Counted from the stretch's first letter, positions 1 to 9,987 are shown. The stretch: 64,000 nt of DNA from Acidimicrobiales bacterium (GCA_040902805.1 JBBDWQ010000038.1:23941-87940); one strand, 5' to 3'. The notes: generated from the letters alone by a model not told the origin. Numbers and translations: made by a program.

Positions 1-1040
1 ACGATGTAGCCACCGAGACCCGCTGTCACGTTGCGGCCGATTCGGTGATAGCCGCCACGGGTGAACGACACACCGGTCATGTGGTTCTCGGGCCGACCCA
101 CGATCACGTCCGACCAGAACGTCGTCACCTCTGGCTCGCGATCGGTATCCATCAACGGGTCCTGCTTGAAGAACCCCTTGTACCCGACCATCACCGATCG
201 GTCGACGCCTTCGAGTCGAACCTGCCAAAGCGATGTGTTTCCGGACAGGAACGCTGCATTCCCACCCTGAGCAATGAACGCTTCGACCGTGTCGCGCATG
301 CCGCTCGACCAGTACTCGTCGTGACCGACCGACAGGTACAGGCTGGCGCCCTCGAGCACCTCCGGATGTTCCTCCAGATCGGCGTTCGTGCACACGCCGA
401 TCTCGAATCCTTCTCGCTCGGCCCACTCGATGAGCGGGAGCTCCCAGTCGGGCCACCCCGCTGAGCCGGCATAGCCCGAGAGGTGGTTCAGCTGGACATA
501 GCCGACGTGGGCGGCGTTTTGGGGATCGGGCGCACCCGTTCCTGTCACGCGGCGCCCCTTTCCCGGCGGCTTGAAGAGATACCCGGCCGCCATCGGACGT
601 TGCATCGACACGTGGGTGCCGCCGGTGTACAGATTCGGGCCGCCGAAGTCGTTGTAGGCATGCCAGGTGTTCGTCGCCAGTGCGAGCACGATGTGAGTGC
701 CGGCGGCCGGACGGACGACGAAGAAGGCGTAGTCACGTCGTGTCTTGTCACCCACGTCGATCTCCAGGACGACTTCGTAGTACCCGGACCGCCACGACGC
801 GTCGACGTCGAGCACGAGGGCGGCCGGCCAGCCGCACCCCCGCGCCGCCGCGTCCTTCGGGGTCTCGTGCTCGTCCGCCTCGACCGAGCCGGAGCTGAAC
901 ACCACGTCGCGCGTGGCACCGACCCGCGCCACCTCAACTCGCACAGGCCGTCCACCGGATGACGACAGATGTAGGCCCACCTGCCCGCCGGCCTTGGCCG
1001 ATTGCGGCCAGCAGTACCCCGTCACCACCTCGCGACCCAT
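1..1040 (-). CDS. N,N-dimethylformamidase beta-subunit-like domain protein; only the N-terminal ~346 codons (gene runs off the left edge)
   Basis: Not in the ORF track because it is open to the window edge. Reverse-strand ATG at 1038-1040. My hand translation: [41 protein letters not shown]...[23 protein letters not shown]...[26 protein letters not shown]...[14 protein letters not shown]...[20 protein letters not shown], with no in-frame stop seen down to nt 3. Motifs match my memory of the DMFase large-subunit-like family. Confidence 0.7.
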   Translation of the reverse strand, partial: MGREVVTGYCWPQSAKAGGQVGLHLSSSGGRPVRVEVARVGATRDVVFSSGSVEADEHETPKDAAARGCGWPAALVLDVDASWRSGYYEVVLEIDVGDKTRRDYAFFVVRPAAGTHIVLALATNTWHAYNDFGGPNLYTGGTHVSMQRPMAAGYLFKPPGKGRRVTGTGAPDPQNAAHVGYVQLNHLSGYAGSAGWPDWELPLIEWAEREGFEIGVCTNADLEEHPEVLEGASLYLSVGHDEYWSSGMRDTVEAFIAQGGNAAFLSGNTSLWQVRLEGVDRSVMVGYKGFFKQDPLMDTDREPEVTTFWSDVIVGRPENHMTGVSFTRGGYHRIGRNVTAGLGGYI

Positions 1041-1060
1041 GGCGCGACCCTAACGGGGAC

Positions 1061-1118
1061 CATTTGTCCGGGCTGATCGCCAGGACAGGCCCAAACCGCC
1101 CGCGCCGCGGCATTTGTC
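1061..1118. promoter_or_regulatory. Direct repeat CATTTGTC x2 (1061-1068 and 1111-1118) in the divergent intergenic region
   Basis: An AT-rich 8-mer occurs twice, exactly 50 bp apart, in the 158-bp gap between the divergent DMFase-like gene (start 1040) and the kinase gene (start 1199). The function is only inferred. Confidence 0.2.
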
Positions 1119-1198
1119 TACCGAAGCTCCAGCGGGTGAGGCGATGTTGGGAGGGAAAGGCCTCCAGATCTCGCACCGCAGCGCCGAAACAACCACCC

Positions 1199-3430
1199 AT
1201 GGAGGCGGACCTGGCACCCCGTGAAGTTGACCCGCGCGGGCGTCTCGCCGCCGCCGCGCTGGCCGTTTCGCGCGTGATCGACAACGTTCCCGGCACCTCC
1301 GTCGCGGCAGCGTCCGGTGCGGTCCTCATCACCTTCATGCTGGGAGCCGGTGGCGCGACGTCGGGCGTGGTGACGGCAGTCGCCGCGGCTGCCGCCGGAG
1401 TCCTTGCGCTCGTCGCCGCGGCCGCCGCCGATCGGCTGCGCGTCGCGTGGGCAGCACTGTCGCTCGGCGTCGCGCTGTGGAGTGCAGGCCTTGAGGCCCG
1501 ACCCATCTGGGCCACCGTCGATCCAGTCAGCAGGGCGGGGATGTTCCTCCGTGAGCTCGCATCGGTGGGGTCCACCTTGTTCCTGCTCGTGGGGATCGGG
1601 CTGCTTCTGGAGCGTCCGGCTCGCCGTGTAGCGCGCCTTCGGATTCTCACCGAGGGGCTGATGATCGCGGGAAGCATCCTGTTCGCGAGCTGGGCCCTCA
1701 TCCTGCCCGACGCCATCGACGCCGCTCGCGGACTCGACACCGTCGACCGCCTCTTGGTCCTCTCCTATCCAATCGGTGATGTCCTACTGGTGAGCATGAT
1801 CATCCTCGCCGCCACCCGCACCCCTCACGAGCGGAGCTGGCAGCTGCTCCTGCTGGGTGGCCTCGGCACCGTTGCGCTCTCAGGTGTGGCTCTGAGCCAG
1901 CTGAGCACGGCCGAAGGACTGCGCGGTGGCGCTGTCGAGGGCCTCTACGCCGTTGGCATCTTCCTCATCATCGTGTCGGCCACCCGATCGACTCACGAGC
2001 CATCAGACACGGCGGGCGCCGTGTCCACACATGCGCGGCGACTTCTCCTGTCGGCTCCAGGGCTGGCCGTCCTGATCGTGATTGGGACGACGATCCGGCA
2101 GGTAACCGGGCAACCTGTGGCGGCCAACCTGACCTGGATCACCATCGGCGTCCTTGGTCTGAGCGTCATCTTGCATCTGACTGTCGTATCCGAGAACCAG
2201 GGCCTCAGCGCGGATCTCGCGCTGGCACGCGACGAGGCCATCCGCGCGTCCAAGCTCAAGTCCTACTTCCTCGCCAACATGAGTCACGAGATGCGCACCC
2301 CGATGAACGCCGTCATCGGCCTGACCGGGTTGCTGCTCGACACCGACATCGACGCCGAACAACGAGAGCTCGCCCAGGGAGTGACGACCTCCGCCGAGGG
2401 ACTTCTGAGCCTGATCAGCGACATCCTGGACTTCTCCAAGATAGAAGCCGGGAAGATGGAGCTCGAGGAGATCGATCTCGACCTCGAAGACCTCATCGAT
2501 GAGGTGGCCATGATCGTGGGGGACGGAGCGCGCCGCAAGGGCGTCGAGCTGAACGCCTACTGCGCTCCGGGGCTCATCACCGTGCGCCAAGGGGACCCGG
2601 TTCGCCTGCGGCAGATCCTCCTCAATCTCGCCACCAATGCAGTCAAGTTCACCGAGTCGGGCTCGGTCACGCTGCGGGCGGTCCCCGTCGACGGCGACAT
2701 CGACAGCGTGACGCTCGAGGTGATCGACACCGGGATGGGAATCGCACCCGAAGAACAGGCTCGCCTGTTCGAGCCCTTCTCGCAGCTCGACGAGACCGTG
2801 ACCCGAAAGTCCGGGGGAACTGGACTCGGACTCGCCATCGTCACCGACCTGGTGAAGCTCCAGGGAGGCACACTCGAGCTACAAAGCGCCAAGCACGCCG
2901 GGACCACGTTTCGAGTCACCCTTCCGCTGCATGCTGGAAAGCAACGACCAGTCGAGAGTGCCCTCGGCGCGCTTGTGGGTCTGCGGGCACTCGTCGTCGA
3001 CAGCAACGCGGTCAACCGATCGGTTCTCGCCCACACACTTCACACCTGGGGCTTCCGCGTCGATCAGGCCGCCTCCGCAGATGAAGTCCTGGACCAGCAC
3101 TGCTGGAGCCGAGACCCCGATCATGGCTTTGCGCTGGCCCTCATCGAGCATCAGATGGAAGGCGACATGAACGGCATCCAACTGGCGGAGGTGCTCCGGT
3201 CTCAGCCAGCGACAGCCTCGACGGTGATTCTCCTTCTCACCTCGATCGCACAGCTCTCCCGTCAAGATGCGCACGACGCTGGCATCCAGTCTGTGCTCAT
3301 CAAGCCGGTGCGGAACACCTACCTCCTACGCCGGATCATGGACACCCTGCTCACCAACGAACCACCCGGGTCCCACGACCCCACCAACCACGGAAAGGAT
3401 GCATCCAATGCATCGAGTCCTGCTCGCTGA
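1199..3430 (+). CDS. Hybrid sensor histidine kinase: polytopic membrane sensor + HisKA + HATPase + C-terminal degenerate receiver
   Basis: ORF 959-3430. Start moved to ATG 1199 ([10 protein letters not shown]) because 959 would overlap the divergent gene at 1-1040. About 8-10 hydrophobic segments precede H-box [14 protein letters not shown]-box [16 protein letters not shown] and GGTGLGLAI. The receiver-like end has VVDSN...LLLTS...LIKP. Confidence 0.85.
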   Translation: MEADLAPREVDPRGRLAAAALAVSRVIDNVPGTSVAAASGAVLITFMLGAGGATSGVVTAVAAAAAGVLALVAAAAADRLRVAWAALSLGVALWSAGLEARPIWATVDPVSRAGMFLRELASVGSTLFLLVGIGLLLERPARRVARLRILTEGLMIAGSILFASWALILPDAIDAARGLDTVDRLLVLSYPIGDVLLVSMIILAATRTPHERSWQLLLLGGLGTVALSGVALSQLSTAEGLRGGAVEGLYAVGIFLIIVSATRSTHEPSDTAGAVSTHARRLLLSAPGLAVLIVIGTTIRQVTGQPVAANLTWITIGVLGLSVILHLTVVSENQGLSADLALARDEAIRASKLKSYFLANMSHEMRTPMNAVIGLTGLLLDTDIDAEQRELAQGVTTSAEGLLSLISDILDFSKIEAGKMELEEIDLDLEDLIDEVAMIVGDGARRKGVELNAYCAPGLITVRQGDPVRLRQILLNLATNAVKFTESGSVTLRAVPVDGDIDSVTLEVIDTGMGIAPEEQARLFEPFSQLDETVTRKSGGTGLGLAIVTDLVKLQGGTLELQSAKHAGTTFRVTLPLHAGKQRPVESALGALVGLRALVVDSNAVNRSVLAHTLHTWGFRVDQAASADEVLDQHCWSRDPDHGFALALIEHQMEGDMNGIQLAEVLRSQPATASTVILLLTSIAQLSRQDAHDAGIQSVLIKPVRNTYLLRRIMDTLLTNEPPGSHDPTNHGKDASNASSPAR

Positions 3431-3797
3431 GGACAACAAGCTCAACCAGATCGTCGCCGCCGGCACCCTGCAGAAGCTCGGCTACGAGGTCGAGATCGTC
3501 GATGGCGGCACTGCCGCCGTCGAGGCCTGTCGGAACAACGACTTCGACGCGATCCTGATGGACGTGATGATGCCGGACATGGATGGCTACCAGGCCACCG
3601 CGGAGATCCGATCGCTCGAAGCCGTGCGGGGCGGCGCCCACACGCCCGTGATCGGACTCAGTGCACGCGCCATGGACGGCGACCGGGAGATTGCGCTGGC
3701 CGCTGGATTCAACGACTACCTGACCAAACCCCTTCGGGAGGATGAGCTCAAGGAGAGCCTGGAGCGCTGGATCGGCGCCCCCGTCGTTCTCCGCTAG
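3408..3797 (+). CDS. Single-domain response regulator (receiver only, CheY-like)
   Basis: Inside ORF 3267-3797. [10 protein letters not shown]...[12 protein letters not shown]...GLSA...LTKP has the canonical acidic pocket, Asp, Ser and Lys. GGAAAGG at 3392-3398 is well spaced for ATG 3408; ATG 3399 is the alternative. It overlaps the kinase stop (3428-3430). Confidence 0.85.
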   Translation: MHRVLLAEDNKLNQIVAAGTLQKLGYEVEIVDGGTAAVEACRNNDFDAILMDVMMPDMDGYQATAEIRSLEAVRGGAHTPVIGLSARAMDGDREIALAAGFNDYLTKPLREDELKESLERWIGAPVVLR

Positions 3798-3840
3798 CCC
3801 CTCAGCGATTCCGGTAGTGCAGCCGTGGGAGCATGCCTTG

Positions 3841-4518
3841 GTGAGCGACCCCCACAACCCTCCCGCCACTCCGGCGGCAACCGTCATCCTTCTCCGGGAC
3901 AGCTCTGCCGGTGTTGAGACGTTGATGCTCCACCGCACCTCCAAGGTTGCCTTCGGTGGCATGTGGGTCTTCCCCGGCGGGCGCGTCGATGAAGGCGACT
4001 CGCTCCCCGAAGACCCCGATGACCAGCACAGCGCCCGGCGGGCCGCTGTCCGAGAGGCGGCCGAGGAGTGCTCACTGCTCGTGGACCCCAGTGAGCTCGT
4101 GGCGTTTTCCCACTGGACGCCACCCCCGGACACACCGCGGCGCTACGCCACCTGGTTCTTCGTGGCCCGTGCCTCGACCGGTGAGGTGCTTGTCGACGGC
4201 GGAGAGATTCGGGATCACGCGTGGCTCACGCCACAAGAGGTCCTCGATCGCCGCGCCCGAGGCGAGGTCGACCTGGCCCCGCCTACCTTCGTGACGCTGT
4301 CGGACCTCGCTGCGCAGTCCAGCGTCGAAGCCGCTCTCGCCAGTGCAGCCCGTCGAGACCCGGTGCCCCGCTACGAAACACGCTGGGGCGCGGTCGATGG
4401 AGGGGTGGTCGCCCTCTGGCACGGGGATGCTGGTTACGAATCGAACGATCCCGAAGCGTCAGGCCCTCGCCATCGGCTGTGGATGCGGGCCGATGGCTGG
4501 GTGCTCGAGCGGGACTGA
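3841..4518 (+). CDS. NUDIX hydrolase
   Basis: ORF 3742-4518. Nudix box GGRVDEGD...AAVREAAEECSL. GTG 3841 (VSDPHNPP) is the likely start, because the 5' part of the ORF overlaps the receiver gene. Confidence 0.75.
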   Translation: MSDPHNPPATPAATVILLRDSSAGVETLMLHRTSKVAFGGMWVFPGGRVDEGDSLPEDPDDQHSARRAAVREAAEECSLLVDPSELVAFSHWTPPPDTPRRYATWFFVARASTGEVLVDGGEIRDHAWLTPQEVLDRRARGEVDLAPPTFVTLSDLAAQSSVEAALASAARRDPVPRYETRWGAVDGGVVALWHGDAGYESNDPEASGPRHRLWMRADGWVLERD

Positions 4519-4538
4519 CGCACTCCCGGCTCACGCCG

Positions 4539-5348
4539 TCAATGCGGTCGGCCGCTCCGGTCGAGCCAGCGATCGATGAGCGTGCGGGCGATGCTCATAC
4601 CTGGCGGGATCATCGGCAGATCGTCCGGACGGAACCACTGTGCGTCCACGATCTCTGTCTCGTCGATGACGATGTCACCCGATTCCCAAGCGGCCTCGAA
4701 CCCAATCATCAACGAGTGCGGGAAGGGCCAGGGCTGGCTAGCCATATAGCGAACCTCACCCAGCTCGACGCCGACCTCCTCGTGCACTTCCCGACGAACC
4801 GCCTCCTCGAGCGTCTCCCCAGGTTCCACGAAGCCGGCCACGCAGCTGTACATGGGCACGGGGAAGGTCCGCCCGCGAGCGAGAAGTGCCTCGCCTTCGC
4901 GTTCGATGAGGGTTATCACCGCCGGGGCCAGCCGCGGGAAGGCGAGGAGCCCGCAGGCAGGGCAGCGTCGAGCGCGCTCCCCCGGGGCGGGTTCGGTGGG
5001 CGTCGCACATCGTCCGCAGTACCGCGTGGTGCGATCCCACTCGATCAGCTGCACGGCTCGGCCCGCCAGCGTCCAACGCAGGTCATCCACTCGCCCATAG
5101 AGCCCCATCAACGGCAACAGGCCGTCGATGCTCACATCGGGCACACCGTCGCCGTCGAGGTCGATGGCCCAACAACCGGCTCCATCGAGCATCCCGAGCA
5201 CGATCGCCGCGGCACCCGGTGCCACGTCCTCAGGGTGCTCGTCCAGAACAAGCACCTGTCCGCCCTGGACAACGACCGTGACCGCGCCGCTCCAGTCGTC
5301 AGGGAGCTCGAGCACCGGCACGAAATGGGCCGATCGGCGGTGGTTCAC
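4539..5348 (-). CDS. nudC: NAD+ diphosphatase / NADH pyrophosphatase NudC
   Basis: C-terminal 270 aa of ORF 4539-6335. Zinc ribbon CGRC...CPACG; Nudix box GFVEPGETLEEAVRREVHEEVGV; NudC signature SQPWPFPHSLM. GTG start at 5346-5348 overlaps the upstream TGA (GTGA). Confidence 0.85.
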   Translation of the reverse strand: MNHRRSAHFVPVLELPDDWSGAVTVVVQGGQVLVLDEHPEDVAPGAAAIVLGMLDGAGCWAIDLDGDGVPDVSIDGLLPLMGLYGRVDDLRWTLAGRAVQLIEWDRTTRYCGRCATPTEPAPGERARRCPACGLLAFPRLAPAVITLIEREGEALLARGRTFPVPMYSCVAGFVEPGETLEEAVRREVHEEVGVELGEVRYMASQPWPFPHSLMIGFEAAWESGDIVIDETEIVDAQWFRPDDLPMIPPGMSIARTLIDRWLDRSGRPH

Positions 5349-6286
5349 GTGATGACGCCTCCTGGTTCGACGAGGTCCGCCGCATCTTCGCCGGAACGCA
5401 CGACCACCACCACTCCCGCGCCGATGAGCAGCGCCGCAGGCCACGCCGCCACGGGGGGCGACTCGCCGAACGCCACCCTCGCTATCAGTGATGCGCCAAG
5501 GATCTCGAAGAGGATCGCGACCGACACGATCGTGGGAGTGATCGCTCTCAGCACACGGTTGAGGAGCGTGTGACCGAGAAGCTGGGCGCCGACCACGAGC
5601 CCCACGATCGCCCACCACGTGCCAGCGTCGTGTCCCACGAGTGGCTGCCGACCGACGATGCACACCACCAGCAGCGCCAGAGCGGAGACTGCGTAGCACG
5701 ACAGCGCATACCCGCCCGTTGACACCGTGCGACGGACCTCGGCGCCCACCGTGACGTATGCGGCGGCCAACATGCCACCGACCAGGGCGAGAAGGTCCCC
5801 GAACAGCGCGCTCCGCGAGATCGAGAAGTCCACGCCAGTCAGTAGCACCGCACCGGCCAGAGCCAGCCCGATGCCCAGCCACGTCCCGCGGGACACGTGC
5901 TCCCCGCGGTGGCGCGCGATGACGGCGGCCCAGACGGGCTGTGTGGCTACGAGCGCGACGGAAGACGCGACCGAAGTGAACGACACGCTGGGGATCCATG
6001 TCGCGAAGTGCGCCGCAAGCAGCAGACCCGCGAGACGGCTCAGTCGCCGCTCGCGCGGTGTCCGGGTCGTCCAACCCGCTCGATCGCTCTCCCGGAGGGC
6101 GACCCACGCGCCAACCACCGGTACGGACAGCGCGTTGCGCCAGAACGCGATCACCAAGGTCGGTCCGGCCGCCCCCTTGATCAACGGGGCCGAGGTCGAC
6201 ACGGCCGCGACGGCCACCGCAAGGAGTGCGAGCTCGCCCACGGGTGGGGCGCCCGGCCGCTCGGCCGCTCGTTGGGGGACGGTCAT
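5345..6286 (-). CDS. EamA/DMT-family transporter (10-TM type)
   Basis: Part of ORF 5345-6898. ATG at 6284-6286 (MTVPQRAAERPG). The protein is hydrophobic throughout with two similar halves. The upstream part of the ORF is Arg-rich shadow antisense to the gene at 6353-7261. Confidence 0.8.
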   Translation of the reverse strand: MTVPQRAAERPGAPPVGELALLAVAVAAVSTSAPLIKGAAGPTLVIAFWRNALSVPVVGAWVALRESDRAGWTTRTPRERRLSRLAGLLLAAHFATWIPSVSFTSVASSVALVATQPVWAAVIARHRGEHVSRGTWLGIGLALAGAVLLTGVDFSISRSALFGDLLALVGGMLAAAYVTVGAEVRRTVSTGGYALSCYAVSALALLVVCIVGRQPLVGHDAGTWWAIVGLVVGAQLLGHTLLNRVLRAITPTIVSVAILFEILGASLIARVAFGESPPVAAWPAALLIGAGVVVVVRSGEDAADLVEPGGVIT

Positions 6287-6352
6287 GCCGCTGTAGCGTC
6301 GCACGTCGACGGCCCATGCTCGTCTGCGGGCCCACTCCTGGGAGAATCGACC

Positions 6353-7261
6353 ATGCCGACTGCAGCGGCCACAGAGCTCACCCGCGACAAGGCGCGAGCG
6401 CTCGCTCGTGCGATCGAGCCGGTGGTGGGACAGGTGTACTTCGCCCCCGAATGCCATGATCGCTACGCCAAGCTGGGCTTCAGCGCGAGCCCGGGAAGCA
6501 GCAAGGAAGGGGTCGCCTACCCCGACGGACCTGCCTACTTCACCAGTCGGGGATCGGCGCTCGGCCAAGTACCGGGAGAGCTCGTGGCTGCGGCCTTCGG
6601 GGTGTTCAACCCAGAGGTGGTCATCCCGGCCGTCTCGTACGGGTGGACGTTGACCGATGCGCGCACCATTGCCGAAGAGCGCCTGCTTGGAGCCACTGAG
6701 CAGCTCGTCCGACTCTTGGGTGAGGAACCCCCCGGTGTGGAGCGAACCAAGGAGCTGCTCACGCGAGCCCTCGCTCCGCTTGCTCCGGCGGGCCGGGCCC
6801 TCTTCGCAGGGACCCTGTCCCAGCCGCTTCCCGGCACGCCACTGGGCGACCTCTTCCGCCTGGGCGATCAGCTGCGAGAGTTCCGCGGTGACAGTCACAT
6901 CGCCGCGTGGGTTGCGGCAGGGTACGACGCCGTCGAGATCGGGCTCCTGACCGAGTCCTACTGGGGTGTTCCGGCCCGCACCTATGTGCGCACGCGGGCC
7001 TGGAGCGATGCTCAGCTCGACGGCGCGGAGGAGCGACTCCGGTCGATGGGCTTGGTCGATGCCTCGGGGGGTACGACGGACGCGGGGCGGACCGCCCGGG
7101 AGGAGATCGAGCTGGCGACCGATGCGCAGATGGCGCCGGCTCTAGCGGCCCTGGCGGACGACGTCGAGGAGCTCATCTCTCTGCTCACGCACATGTCCCG
7201 GCAGGTGATGGCCGGCGCTGGCTACCCGCCCAGCCCGCTGGCCATCTCGCCCGGGCGCTGA
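6353..7261 (+). CDS. Conserved actinobacterial hypothetical protein (SCO6745-like / SalK-type helical family, from memory)
   Basis: Part of ORF 5897-7261. ATG 6353 is preceded by GGAGA (6341-6345). ARALARAIEPVVGQVYFAPECHDRYAKLGF...YFTSRGSALGQVPGELVAAAFGVFNP resembles that family. The family name is uncertain. Confidence 0.6.
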   Translation: MPTAAATELTRDKARALARAIEPVVGQVYFAPECHDRYAKLGFSASPGSSKEGVAYPDGPAYFTSRGSALGQVPGELVAAAFGVFNPEVVIPAVSYGWTLTDARTIAEERLLGATEQLVRLLGEEPPGVERTKELLTRALAPLAPAGRALFAGTLSQPLPGTPLGDLFRLGDQLREFRGDSHIAAWVAAGYDAVEIGLLTESYWGVPARTYVRTRAWSDAQLDGAEERLRSMGLVDASGGTTDAGRTAREEIELATDAQMAPALAALADDVEELISLLTHMSRQVMAGAGYPPSPLAISPGR

Positions 7262-7267
7262 ACCAGA

Positions 7268-8164
7268 TCAGACGTCGAGGAACCGAGACACCGCCACCGC
7301 CGAGCCGATGGCACCGATCAGGGCGGCCACGACCACAACGATCACGTTTGTGTAGATGAGGTTCGAGTCGGTGATGACGAAGCCCTGGAAGATCGGGAGC
7401 ACCCGATCACGCGAAAGCTCATCGATGAAGGGACGGATCAGGAACGTCATGAACCCGACGGCCACGGCCGCGCCCAGCAACGTCTGGATGATGCCCTCGA
7501 CGATGAACGGAATCCGAATGAACCAGTTCGTGGCGCCGACGAGCTTCATCACCTCGATCTCGCGACGACGGGCGAACATCGCCACCCGGATCGTGTTGAG
7601 GATGAGCATGAGCGCGGCAACGAGAAGCAGGACCGCCGCGGCGAGGAACCGCACGCCGATCTTGTTGAAGGTCTCCTGGATGCGCTGCACGACCTCGAAC
7701 GCGAACACCACCTCGTAGACACCAGGCTTCCCCTGGAACTGATCACCGAGCGCCTTGACGACCTCTGGGTCCTGGATGCGCGGCGCCACCCTGAACGACG
7801 GCGGAAGGATGTCCGGAGTGACCGTCTCGACGAGCTGCGGAGAGTTCTGGAAGAGCCGCTTGAACTCCTCGTAGGTCTCGTCCTGGTTCACGAACGTGAA
7901 GCTCTTCACGTCAGGATTGGAGTCGAGGTCCCGCTGGACCGACGCCTTCTGGTCCTCGGTGATCTGCGGCTGCAGGTAGACGATGAACTCGATGCCACCC
8001 TTGAAGCGGTCGTTGGCGTTCTCGACTCCCTGGCGCAGGAGCAGAGCGGAGCCGAACAGCGTGAGCGACACCACCACCGTGAGGACTGACGCGAGGGTCA
8101 GGGTGACGTTGCGAAGAAGGTTCGCCGCTGTCTCGCGGGCGACATAGTCGATCTTGATGGCCAT
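7268..8164 (-). CDS. ftsX: Cell-division ABC transporter permease-like protein FtsX
   Basis: 298-aa ORF with MAIKIDYVARETAANLLRN, one N-terminal TM, a large extracytoplasmic loop and three C-terminal TMs. It lies directly downstream of ftsE. Confidence 0.9.
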   Translation of the reverse strand: MAIKIDYVARETAANLLRNVTLTLASVLTVVVSLTLFGSALLLRQGVENANDRFKGGIEFIVYLQPQITEDQKASVQRDLDSNPDVKSFTFVNQDETYEEFKRLFQNSPQLVETVTPDILPPSFRVAPRIQDPEVVKALGDQFQGKPGVYEVVFAFEVVQRIQETFNKIGVRFLAAAVLLLVAALMLILNTIRVAMFARRREIEVMKLVGATNWFIRIPFIVEGIIQTLLGAAVAVGFMTFLIRPFIDELSRDRVLPIFQGFVITDSNLIYTNVIVVVVAALIGAIGSAVAVSRFLDV

Positions 8165-8178
8165 CGATCAGCAGCCCG

Positions 8179-8856
8179 TCATTCGTAGACGCCCCGGCTC
8201 TGATCGCGGATGATCGACCCGCGATCGAGCTCGATCACCCGTCGACGCATGGTGTCGACGATCGAGCGGTCGTGGGTAGCCATGAGCACCGTGGTACCCG
8301 TTCGGTTGATGCGATCGAGCAGCCGCATGATGCCTACCGAGGTGGCAGGGTCGAGGTTGCCAGTGGGTTCATCGGCTAGGAGGATCAGCGGCCGGTTGAC
8401 GAATGCCCGTGCGATCGACACACGCTGCTGCTCGCCACCGGACAGCTCGTTCGGGAAGTTGTCGACCTTCTTGGCCAGCCCGACGAGCTCGAGAATCGCC
8501 GGCACCTGAGTCTTTACAACATGACGTGGCCGTCCGATCACCTCGAGGGCGAAGGCGACGTTCTCGTAGACGGTCTTGTTCGTGAGCAGCTTGAAGTCTT
8601 GGAACACGCTGCCGATGTTGCGGCGGAGGTGTGGCACCTTCCAGGAGGGCAGGGCGCCGATGTCCTTCCCGGCCACGAAGATCTGCCCCTCCTCGGGCTG
8701 CTCTTCCTTGTTCACCAGGCGGAGGAAGGTCGACTTGCCCGACCCTGACGCGCCGACCAAGAACACGAACTCGCCGCGGTTCACCTCGACGGACGCGTCA
8801 GACAGGGCGACGACATCGCCCTTGTAGATCTTGGAGACGTTCTCAAGCTTGATCAT
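8179..8856 (-). CDS. ftsE: Cell-division ATP-binding protein FtsE
   Basis: Walker [13 protein letters not shown] signature [14 protein letters not shown], Walker [13 protein letters not shown]. 225 aa. Confidence 0.92.
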   Translation of the reverse strand: MIKLENVSKIYKGDVVALSDASVEVNRGEFVFLVGASGSGKSTFLRLVNKEEQPEEGQIFVAGKDIGALPSWKVPHLRRNIGSVFQDFKLLTNKTVYENVAFALEVIGRPRHVVKTQVPAILELVGLAKKVDNFPNELSGGEQQRVSIARAFVNRPLILLADEPTGNLDPATSVGIMRLLDRINRTGTTVLMATHDRSIVDTMRRRVIELDRGSIIRDQSRGVYE

Positions 8857-8871
8857 GGAGTGAGACCGAGG

Positions 8872-9984
8872 CTAGTTGGAGGTCGACGACGCTCGGCGCC
8901 ACTGCAGATAGGCCTCCATGAACGGGTCCAGATCCCCGTCGAGCACCCCCTGGATGTTGCCCGCCTCGTGCTCGGTTCGCAGATCCTTCACCATCTGGTA
9001 CGGCTGCATGACATAGCTGCGGATCTGGCTGCCGAAGCCCACCCGCTGCTGCTCACCACGGATGTCGGTCAGCTCCTCCTCGCGCTTCTGGCGCTCCAGA
9101 TCGGCCAGCTTGACCTTGAGCATCGCCATGGCCCGGTCTCGGTTCTGGAACTGCGATCGCTCGTTCTGACACGAGACCACGATCCCCGTGGGCACGTGCG
9201 TGAGCCGGACAGCGGAGGACGTCTTGTTGATGTGCTGGCCGCCGGCGCCCGACGCGCGGAAGACGTCCATCTTGATGTCGGCCTCGTCGACCTCCACGTG
9301 CACCTCGTCGTCGTGAAGCACCGGCACGACGTCGAGCGCGGCGAACGCGGTCTGACGCTTTCCCTGCGCGTTGAAAGGGCTCATCCGGACGAGGCGGTGC
9401 ACACCCCGCTCGGCCTGCAGGTAGCCGTAGGCGTAGCGACCCTTGACCAGGAACTCCACCGACGACACGCCTGCCTCGGAGCCCGGGGTCGACCCCTCTT
9501 CCTCCACCTCGAACCCACGACGCTCAGCCCATCGCCCGTACATCCGGTAGAGCATCTCGGCCCAGTCCTGCGCGTCGGCGCCGCCCTCCCCCGCCTGGAC
9601 AGTGCAGAGGGCATCTCGTTCGTCGTGGTCACCAGAGAACATCGATCGCAGCTCGAGCCCGTGCAGCTCTTGGTCGAGCGACACGAGCGCTGCCTCGATC
9701 TCAGGCTCTTGGCTGGCATCGTCGACTTCTCGAGCCAGCTCGTGCAACGTCTCGGCATCCGCGAGCTCGGCCAGCAGACGTTCGTACAGCTCCAGGTCCG
9801 CGAGCACCGTGGAGAGCTCCCCGGTCACCCGCTTGGCGACCTCAGCGTCATCCCAGAGGTCCGGGCGCGAGGCCTCGGTCTCGAGCAGGGGACGCCGTGC
9901 GCGGAGCTCCTCGACCTGTAGATAGGTCGCAGCATCCGCGATGCGCTTTCCGGTCTCGGTCAGCTGATCGGAGAAGTCGCGCAC
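8872..9984 (-). CDS. prfB: Peptide chain release factor 2
   Basis: RF2-specific SPF (VRMSPFNAQG) and GGQ (SGAGGQHINKTSSAVRLTH). A single uninterrupted 370-codon frame. GTG start lies 3 nt after the secA stop. Confidence 0.92.
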   Translation of the reverse strand: MRDFSDQLTETGKRIADAATYLQVEELRARRPLLETEASRPDLWDDAEVAKRVTGELSTVLADLELYERLLAELADAETLHELAREVDDASQEPEIEAALVSLDQELHGLELRSMFSGDHDERDALCTVQAGEGGADAQDWAEMLYRMYGRWAERRGFEVEEEGSTPGSEAGVSSVEFLVKGRYAYGYLQAERGVHRLVRMSPFNAQGKRQTAFAALDVVPVLHDDEVHVEVDEADIKMDVFRASGAGGQHINKTSSAVRLTHVPTGIVVSCQNERSQFQNRDRAMAMLKVKLADLERQKREEELTDIRGEQQRVGFGSQIRSYVMQPYQMVKDLRTEHEAGNIQGVLDGDLDPFMEAYLQWRRASSTSN

Positions 9985-9987
9985 CGT

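Noticed and set aside
959-1198. 80-codon N-terminal extension of the histidine kinase ORF; also ORF 934-1740(-)
   Set aside because: The extension would overlap the 5' end of the divergent DMFase-like gene. It is Pro/Arg-rich with no TM or domain. The reverse ORF 934-1740 is antisense to the kinase sensor region.
4221-5573. 450-aa forward ORF, together with similar long ORFs at 8860-9921, 10435-11193, 11230-12366, 16755-17573, 17691-18629 and 19311-20492
   Set aside because: Each lies antisense to or out of frame with a gene carrying unmistakable family motifs (nudC/EamA, prfB, secA, ahcY, SIS, manB). Their translations are Arg/Pro/Gly/Ala-rich low-complexity strings, as expected from stop-poor alternative frames of high-GC DNA. 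No motifs were seen.
9880-9984. Programmed +1 frameshift site in prfB
   Set aside because: No in-frame UGA and no CUU-UGA-type slippery context was seen. The frame is continuous from the GTG start.
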